Shown here: one piece after another, positions 55,418-64,000 of the stretch | How the letters are laid out: every line of letters starts with the position of its first letter | Position numbering within the stretch: position 1 is the first letter of the stretch | Assembly: GCA_964016885.1 (NCBI GenBank) | Contig: OZ024741.1 | Span: 299,336,001-299,400,000, forward strand | DNA from: Eledone cirrhosa | Taxonomy: Eukaryota | Direction of reading: 5' to 3' | DNA: 64,000 bases | Program-made: the position numbers and the translations under genes | The notes under the pieces: generated by a model | Databases searched by the model: none | The model's input: only the letters and a program-made list of their open reading frames with translations | What the model was told of the DNA's origin: nothing

Positions 55418-55819
55418 TCTCTCTTTAGTGTGTTATACATATATATATATTTATATATATATATATATATATATATTACTCTTTTACCTGTTTCAGCCAT
55501 CCGGCTGAGGCCATGCTGGGGCACCGCAAAAAAAATCTAACATACATAAGTGTGTTAGCCTGTGTATGTGTCTATGTGTGCGTGAGAATGTGTGAATGTT
55601 TATTTGCACGCGTGTGTATTTATATGTGAATGGAATTCCTGAAGATAGATTAGCAGTACTTAGAAATGCCGATATAATTAACTCAAGAAAGATGGTATCA
55701 TTTACATTTCCGATAAGTAAGAAACTAATTAAAGATATGACCAAGAAAACGAAAGATTAAACCCCGCATACAAAACGGATAAATGTCACTCATGTTTTAT
55801 CTGACATATAAACTATCCC

Positions 55820-55912
<93 letters not shown>

Positions 55913-55987
55913 CAATATTTATATACTATATATATATTTATATATATAAATTTATATTCAATATATATATATATATATATATATACA

Positions 55988-56111
<124 letters not shown>

Positions 56112-57303
56112 TATATGTATATATGTGTGTCTATGTGTGTGCGTGTGTGCATGTTTTGCAAAAACAAATTAAAATTTGTTTCCTTACAAGATATATTTCG
56201 TATTGTAGAACCTTATCTTCAGATATACATAATCTTCAAATATACCAAATGCTTTAATTTCCCCTTAAATGCTGCGAGTGAAACCCAGATCTGGGTTTAA
56301 TTAAGATATGCTTCATATCATAAATATGTTAAAGCTTTGTGCTGAATGCTTGAATTCGAATTATCTTTACACATATTATTATTATAATATAGAAGCAAAT
56401 TGACCTAAGGATTAAAGGTTTTCTTCGTCTTCACCAGGACCCTGGCGGGATTTCTCTCCGTGGCGTAAAGGACACGTGTCATTTACCTTAGCTTTGTGTC
56501 GCCCTATAGCTTGTGAGTGAAATTGGGTTGGCGGAAGCTGTCTCGAAGTTAGATGGATGGACTTTACCTATAATTCAAAGAAACTGCCAATCCATGTACC
56601 GTGTCACATTGAATTTTAATGATAATTACATTGTTTAACGATATGTTCCCTATATCCTAAAATATGAATCTTCTGAGAAACCGAAAGGGCTGTTATATGA
56701 TGACTCTGCTAGAAATACCAGCCGCATTTCCTTCATGAGAAATTTGGAGTTCAGAGTTGATATGGGGCTAAACAACAATACAAATTATCTGTATACTCTA
56801 TTATATAAATACGGCACTTCAGCATGAGCTCAACATTCATGACTAGAAGGAATAATGAAAATTCTAAAAATGTTTATACTATTTCTAAAACGACAAAAAT
56901 TAAAGTAATCAGTGCAAGCCATTTTGAAAAGAAAATCAAATTATATCAATTAAAGAAACAGAATATAGAAGTTTAAAATACTAATTTTATTTTATTAGAT
57001 ATTTACATGGAGCTGCAGGATAGCTGGCAAAATATATTACAGTTGCTGTGACTGTGTAAGCGACAGTTATATGTGCTTCAGTTATCAGCAAAATATTCGA
57101 TTAAATGTCTTTATATACGACAATCAACCATCTATTTGTTTCTGCTTGTCAAGTTTGTAATATGAATGATCCATCATACCGAAACTAGTTGTAAGATGAA
57201 CAAAACATCAAAACCCTCTTCCCGCCTCTCTCTCTCTCTTTCTCTCTCCCTCGCCCACTCTCTCTATCTTTCTTTCTCCCCCCTATCTCTCTTTCTATCT
57301 CTC

Positions 57304-57373
<70 letters not shown>

Positions 57374-60300
57374 TATGTACATACATATATACATATACAT
57401 ACATATATATATATATATATGCATACTTATATATGTATACATTCATACATACCCCCCACAGACATATATATATACATGCATATTCATATCAATCAATGAA
57501 TCTATTTATTTATCTATCAAACTATATCTATCTATCTATACATATATATATCTACCTATCTATCTCTGTCAATCTGTCTGTCTCTATAACCCGACACACG
57601 CCTCCGTGTGTATATGCCGTTTAACATCTTATTTCTCATTATGTATTCATTTACACATATTACTAAGTATACCCTCACCTACACACACTCACACATACAC
57701 ACGTGCACAAACACTCACACACATATACACACTCACAAACATATCATTATATGAATGAATTAGCGTCAGGTGTCTAGACGTGATTTCGAATCTCATAAGC
57801 TGCATTGATGCTCGTATACATCTGTGGATTATACTGTTGACCCTATTTTCTATAAAAGTTCCCTAGAAGAAAGTATACAAAGGGATATCTAGTTCTAACA
57901 ATATCTGCTAAAATCAACAGCCAGATTTGCCTACCGCGTTAAGAATTAAAATACATTAGAAAATATAGATTTAGATATACTATTTTTCTTTTATGCATAT
58001 TTTGGATAAAAAATTTCATATATCGTTGCATATACTTACAAAAACAGAGACATGAAAAACCTGGTAAGGGAGAGGATGAATGGGAGAACTATATTAAAAA
58101 TAGTAGAAATGGTCGTGAGGCAAATTCCTACACCATTAGCTGGGCAGTACACTTTAGCTACACCCCACAGAAAACACGAATTCGAAATTTTGTTCATACA
58201 ATGCGTAGTAGGACATCTGACTGATAAAATGACAAGTCAGCCAATCATATTGGTGGCCTCCCCACAGCATAGAGAAGGCGTTTCCCCGGAGTACGGCAAA
58301 GGAGACGCGCTGGAAAAGCAATTCCGGCTCGCGGGGCTCACACCTGTGGCTGGCCAGCTCAGCACCTATGGTGATGAGTAGGGTGGTAGCCCTAGGGCCG
58401 AGGACACCAGACGTCTCCACTAAGATAGCGAAACCATTGACAAGGAGAACAGCCCATTCAAGCATACTCCTCCCTGACGCTCCTTTCTAATGCCTCTACG
58501 TGGCAGGTTGACTTGTTAGAAATAATATTCAAATCTCCCTCAAATGGAAATTCAGCATCTTAAAACTGCATATTGGATTAATGCAGTACAAGATGAATTG
58601 TTTGTAAAAATGCCGACAGGTCATAGCAGATCATATTTTATTTTTATTATCTTGCAAAATACATGTCAGAATCTTAGGAATTATATGGGAATTGTAGTAA
58701 ATACTGAGATTGGAATTTAACTCCTCTATAGCTGTTGTTGTGCTTTAAACTTTTCTCATCTTTCTTTCGTTCTCACACACACTCAAACACACACACACAC
58801 ACACATTTACACACGAAGACACACACACACACACTCTCTCTCTCACACTCACTCCCCCACTTTCTCGCTCTCTCTCTTGAATTTGTTTTTTAAATATAAG
58901 TGACATTAGATACGTTTTTAATCCTGCCAAGGTTTACTCGCACTACATGGATGCTTAAATAAATAAATAAATACATATATTAGAACAGACTTGCTTTACA
59001 ATTATTTGGATGATGTCTGAATTAACCCTTCCATTTTACGAAAACTAAAACAAACTAAAAATTCTCAATAAAATGTTTAAACGTGAATGATTTTGACTGT
59101 CTCGTGTTTAATCATGACAGATAGAAAAAAAAAAAGAAACAGACAGAACCAACCACAAAATAAAAAAAAATAGAAACAATAAAATAAATTGAACAATAGC
59201 GAATAAGAGGAAATAAGAGAGCTTAGCTAAAGAAAGAATGGTTTTTTTAACGATGCAAAACGTGCAGTAATATAATTCTGTTCATAGCGACTAAAGATTA
59301 CAGAATATAGTAATATGGAATGAACATAAGAGATATGTAAGAACGCTATGCAACTGGAATGTTATTGTGGGTTCAGGATGAAATGTTCATTTATAGTTAG
59401 TTATAGGAAGCTACTAGAATAATACAAACTTTAGGAAGAGAAAGAGCTAATATTTGTAACAAACGCGAGAATCGCATCTTCAGAATGAAGGATTCCAATC
59501 TATGCTCTGGTTCCTTTAAATTCCTGATCAATTTTCATATATATATATTATTTATTTTATTTTATTTTCTATCCACTATACTGTGCAATCAAATTTATAC
59601 AATGACGGAAATGTTAAAAAAAAAGATAAAAACAAATTTAACTACCGAAAGGGGAAGGGGTAAAGAGGGGAAGATCTGTCTGTATAGGAAAGTAGATTAA
59701 ATGAGTGTAAATGTCATAAATGAGACGAAAATGCAGGAAAGTGCAAGAACTAGAGGGAAGTATCAAGGACTATTAGGCAACGGAAGAAAGTAAGAGGAGA
59801 GGGTGACAGACGTCACACCAAGTCGGAGCGGTGTAATTCAGATTTATATATTAAACAACAGAATACAGACATCTAGATTTAGTTTGAACTGCTGAATGTT
59901 AGTTATATCATATATAATAGTTAAACAGTGTTTTGCAAATGACAAATTGGGAATGGATACTGTAATTACTAAATCCCTCCCTATCTAAGACTCGATTGCT
60001 TGAAAGCTGAGTCAGTAAATATAAGACATCAATTTGAAAAAAAAGGGGAATTACCCCCCCCCCCCACACACACACACACATACACTTACTCACACGTACC
60101 AACATATTCATATAACTATAAATAGATATAGAGAAAATAGACAAGGCAGCCTGTCAAGGAAGTAAATTTTATTTTATTTCGTCTAAAATCGAAAGTGCAC
60201 GTGCCATTAAATATTATTTTCTATTAAATGATAGATAAACTACAATTAGATAGTAAAATCATAGTTACATCCTTACACAATCTTGTTTAAAACAGAAATT

Positions 60301-61494
60301 AAAACATTCTTTTGAATTTTTACACCTTTATTTTACCTGTGTATACACACACCGTGAACCCCATTTATATAAATATTATCTATGGATGAAATAAGGAATA
60401 TATATATTAATACGGAGTGAAGTATTTGTAGGTGAGGGGCTATAACTGACGAAATACTAATACACAACTGGTATGATATCGATCATAGGTGGATGAAATC
60501 AAAATTTAATTCGGGCAATTTTTGAATACAAAAATGTAGAGGAAACGTTGTGCACTTCCTGCTACTCCACCTCACATTTAACTGTTATAAAAATATATTG
60601 ATTTTGTAATTTTAGTAGCATTTAATTTGTTTTAAGTAGATTCCATTTGCAGGCTACGTGCACGATTCTCACTGCAACATAGCAAGGAAAAATCTAAAAA
60701 TGTTATCTATTCGTAAAAACACATTAATTATCCTTTTGTATAGTGGCATTTTAACACGGAATTCGATATTTAATCGTGTAGTTTACGTAGGCGTTCTTTA
60801 ACAATTCAGTTTCATTTCCTGGCAATCATGAAACGAAAATACATGAGTTTGTATTTTCTGATTTCATGGAGTAACGTCACATTTGTTCTCTTATAATCTG
60901 TTATATTTTTAGCCGGAATATGAACAACTAGTGAAATATTTTATCGAATGTTAATTGAGCTTCACTCATAACTGTAATATAAAAGATGTAAGGCGTCCGT
61001 TTCAATTTAGTTAATAATCTCCTTCTATCTACAAATATTTCGTGATGAATACATATTGAAAGGAAGTATCTCACACATTTTTATTTAATTATCTTATAAC
61101 CGTTCATCATGCCCGAGGCTATTTACCTGCTTTGATCTTCCAGCTCCAGTTTGCTGTTTCTAAGAATTATTAACCAATAGATTTGCTTCGATATTTCCAT
61201 TGCCCACAAGTAAAAATCAAACAAATAAACTGCCTCAATATAAATACCTATAGGAACTAACTAAAATCATGATAAAGGCACTGCTAATATATATTTCTAC
61301 TTCATTCAATTAGCCAAACAGTTAGCGTTGGATTGAAATCCTTTCACAAGCAGATCCTAGAATATGAGACGCAGATAGAGTCTTTACATGGTCACTTATC
61401 CTGCCAGAAATAACAGTAACCTTCCTGAAATCATATCCTCTCGTATTCAAGAGGAATACGATGTGATAATGAAGCATTATTAACATTAATTCCA

Positions 61495-61669
61495 GGGCGG
61501 TGGATTGGCAGTATCTTTAGAGGGTCGGACGTCATGCTTTCCAGCATAGTTACGATCTGAGTTCAAATCCCGCCGAGGTTGACTTTGCCTTTCCTCCTTA
61601 CGGGGTCGATAAAATAAAGTACCAGTAATGCACTGGGTAATTGCTGGCCTTGTGCCTAAAGTAGAAACA
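61495..61669 (+). mobile_element. full-length tRNA-derived SINE with 19-bp TSD
   Basis: TSD ATTATTAACATTAATTCCA at 61476-61494 and 61670-61688. Confidence 0.92.
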
Positions 61670-62930
61670 ATTATTAACATTAATTCCAAAAATAAAAACA
61701 CAAATATCATGAAATATTTTATCCTGAGTTAGTCTGATTAGGGCAAAACTAGGACCAAAAGAAAGACGACACCAACGACAACAGAAATGACAACAACAAT
61801 AACCTCAACAAAATTATCAACATAAACCAACAATAAAAGCAACAACAACAATTGAACAATGAATTACTCAGTCAAACTGTCTCTTCAGGCCCCACACCTG
61901 TTAGCTTTAGATTACAAGTAAATAAAGATGAATAAAATAATCTTGTTCTAAATTCTAGATTGATGAAACATATAAGACATTACTTGACTAATATCATGCA
62001 AGTAACTAGTAATTTGATATAACTGATCATTTGTTTGATCCGTCATGTCCACACTATTTGCGCTGGAAATATATTCGTTATGTAAGACATGAAACATAGT
62101 GTAATCGTCTTCATAGAATAATGATTTCGATAAAGGGAAGTTTAACGATCTCATTAACTGAGGAACCACTTGGGAGTAAACTAACCTATTAAATAGTTAA
62201 ACTTGCAAGATATTCCTTTAGGAAATAATTCTTTGGAATGAAGACTAATATTCACAGTCAGACTTAAATTCAAATGAATAACAAGAATTCATGATTACAA
62301 TAATAAATAGCCCAATTATATTAGCTGGAAAATGACAAAAAATGATAACAGGAAATTTATCTCATACACTTATTAAATAATATTTTGAAGAGCCATATTT
62401 GATTGGAAACTGATTCATGGTTTTGAAGTGACTTGTTACAAAGTACAATCGTCGAGATATTAAGATATTTTAATGTCGTGCAATATGAGAGCTGCCCAGT
62501 TGAAATAACATATACGATATAGATAATAAAGTTAATATAGACAGCAAAATATATTAAAAACGTAAATCAATATAAATAATATTTTTTTGGTGATTCCCAA
62601 CAATGATGCCAATATATTTTGTATAAATATTGAATGGCTAACCGTAATGGATACAAACAAATAATAGTAGTATATCAACAAACACAAATTTAGACGATTC
62701 GTAAAGAGAATGATATATTATTTCAATATTATCCTGCTAGTAATTCATTTTTACACACCAGGAGATTTGTATTTGAAGTAAATAGCCGCGTGTCTACGGT
62801 TTCGTTCTTCGTGTCTAGAATACTGGGCCTAATTACATTTATTTAAATATCTGTACGATCATATGATATTTTGCTAAGTATCGACATTTCATGTTTAGTT
62901 TTCGTTTCATATTCTATTATTAGAAGGAAA

Positions 62931-63054
62931 CCTTTATGGTCTGAGTTAAAATCCCGCTGAGGTTAACTTTGCCATTCATCCTTACGGGGTCGATAAAATA
63001 AAGTACCATTAATACACTGGGATAATTGCTGGCCTCGTGCCAAAAGTAGAAACA
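62931..63054 (+). mobile_element. 5'-truncated SINE with 15-bp TSD
   Basis: TSD ATTATTAGAAGGAAA at 62916-62930 and 63055-63069. Confidence 0.88.
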
Positions 63055-64000
63055 ATTATTAGAAGGAAATATGTCCTCTTGTCTAAAGTCTTCTGATGGA
63101 TGCAGTTTATCTCGCCCACTCTAGGAATGAAAAGGAGCCGATCGTAATTAACTAAGTTACTGATGAATGCACATCATGCAAAATATACTAGAATTTTCAG
63201 TTAACTCTTAGATAGTGTTTGATATAAATAGCGTCTGACTGTAACTCACTATGTAAGGAGAATGGCACTAATGATTGTCTACGAAGTTATTCTTTGTTAA
63301 AGATTTGATATCTTTACATGCAGCGTTCCATACACCTTACCCAATTACCGTGATGAGTGATATCAGGCTGGGCAGAGGAATGGATTTAGCTCACTTAAAC
63401 GTTGGGAATAGCAATAGTCATATAATGCACGTCCTTCTTTCGACTATCACCAACACCGTATGGACGCAAGGACATTTCGGGAAATGTTGTATGGAATACC
63501 GTTTGGGTCTGCGCCACATTATGATTTCGCTTTCTTCACACATACCTCAGATTATTTGGTTGTAAGACTATAAAAGAGACACTTGATCTTAGGTAACTCA
63601 CTACCGTGTGCGTGTCAGGACGTCCTGTTGTGGATTCTATTAGATGCTTTATAAATGGCATCAATATATTCAACAGATATATTTTAAATTGTTCATATAT
63701 GTACAAGAAGGAAGACCCAAACAGCTATCCTTTGTCTCACAGCCTACAGCATGCCAAAGTACACGCTGTGAAATGTCTCCTTCAAGTATTCAATCGAGTT
63801 GCACAAACTGTTTTTGATATTTCTCTTGTATTTTTGGCTAATGTTCTAGAGTAAAAATCAATTTGCAAGTCAACTAAAATGGGGCTAAAATTGATTAACG
63901 GTTTAGGTAATAATTCTGGCAAACAAGAGTGTTATTCCAAGATACTTTCAGCACTGAAACGTATTCCTATATCTATCAAAATGTTATTGTCGCTCATAGT

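Noticed and set aside
63090-64000. Possible decayed LINE on the - strand
   Set aside because: No diagnostic motif could be read confidently

Overview
Eukaryotic, AT-rich, microsatellite-saturated non-genic or intronic DNA. The SINE and repeat content looks like a cephalopod (octopus-type) genome, which is inference. No host protein-coding exon is supported, and almost all listed ORFs are (TA)n/(CA)n artefacts. The window is dominated by retroelements: several Penelope-like elements (PLEs; RT plus C-terminal GIY-YIG), including a near-complete but disabled copy with tandem pseudo-LTRs at 28.8-34.0 kb; decayed RTE and CR1/L2-type LINE pieces; many tRNA-derived SINEs; and one decayed mariner. 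The main hidden signal, found by eye and not computationally folded, is about 16 minimal type I hammerhead ribozyme (HHR) motifs in at least 7 unrelated sequence contexts. They lie in PLE pseudo-LTRs and in short non-coding units embedded in (TA)n tracts as tandem plus inverted (fold-back) arrays. Highlights are a ~475-bp retrozyme-like tandem array (38.4-40.2 kb), a 291-bp tRNA-like tandem/inverted array fused to a PLE (0.76-1.74 kb), and HHRs with a compensatory U3-A8 core.
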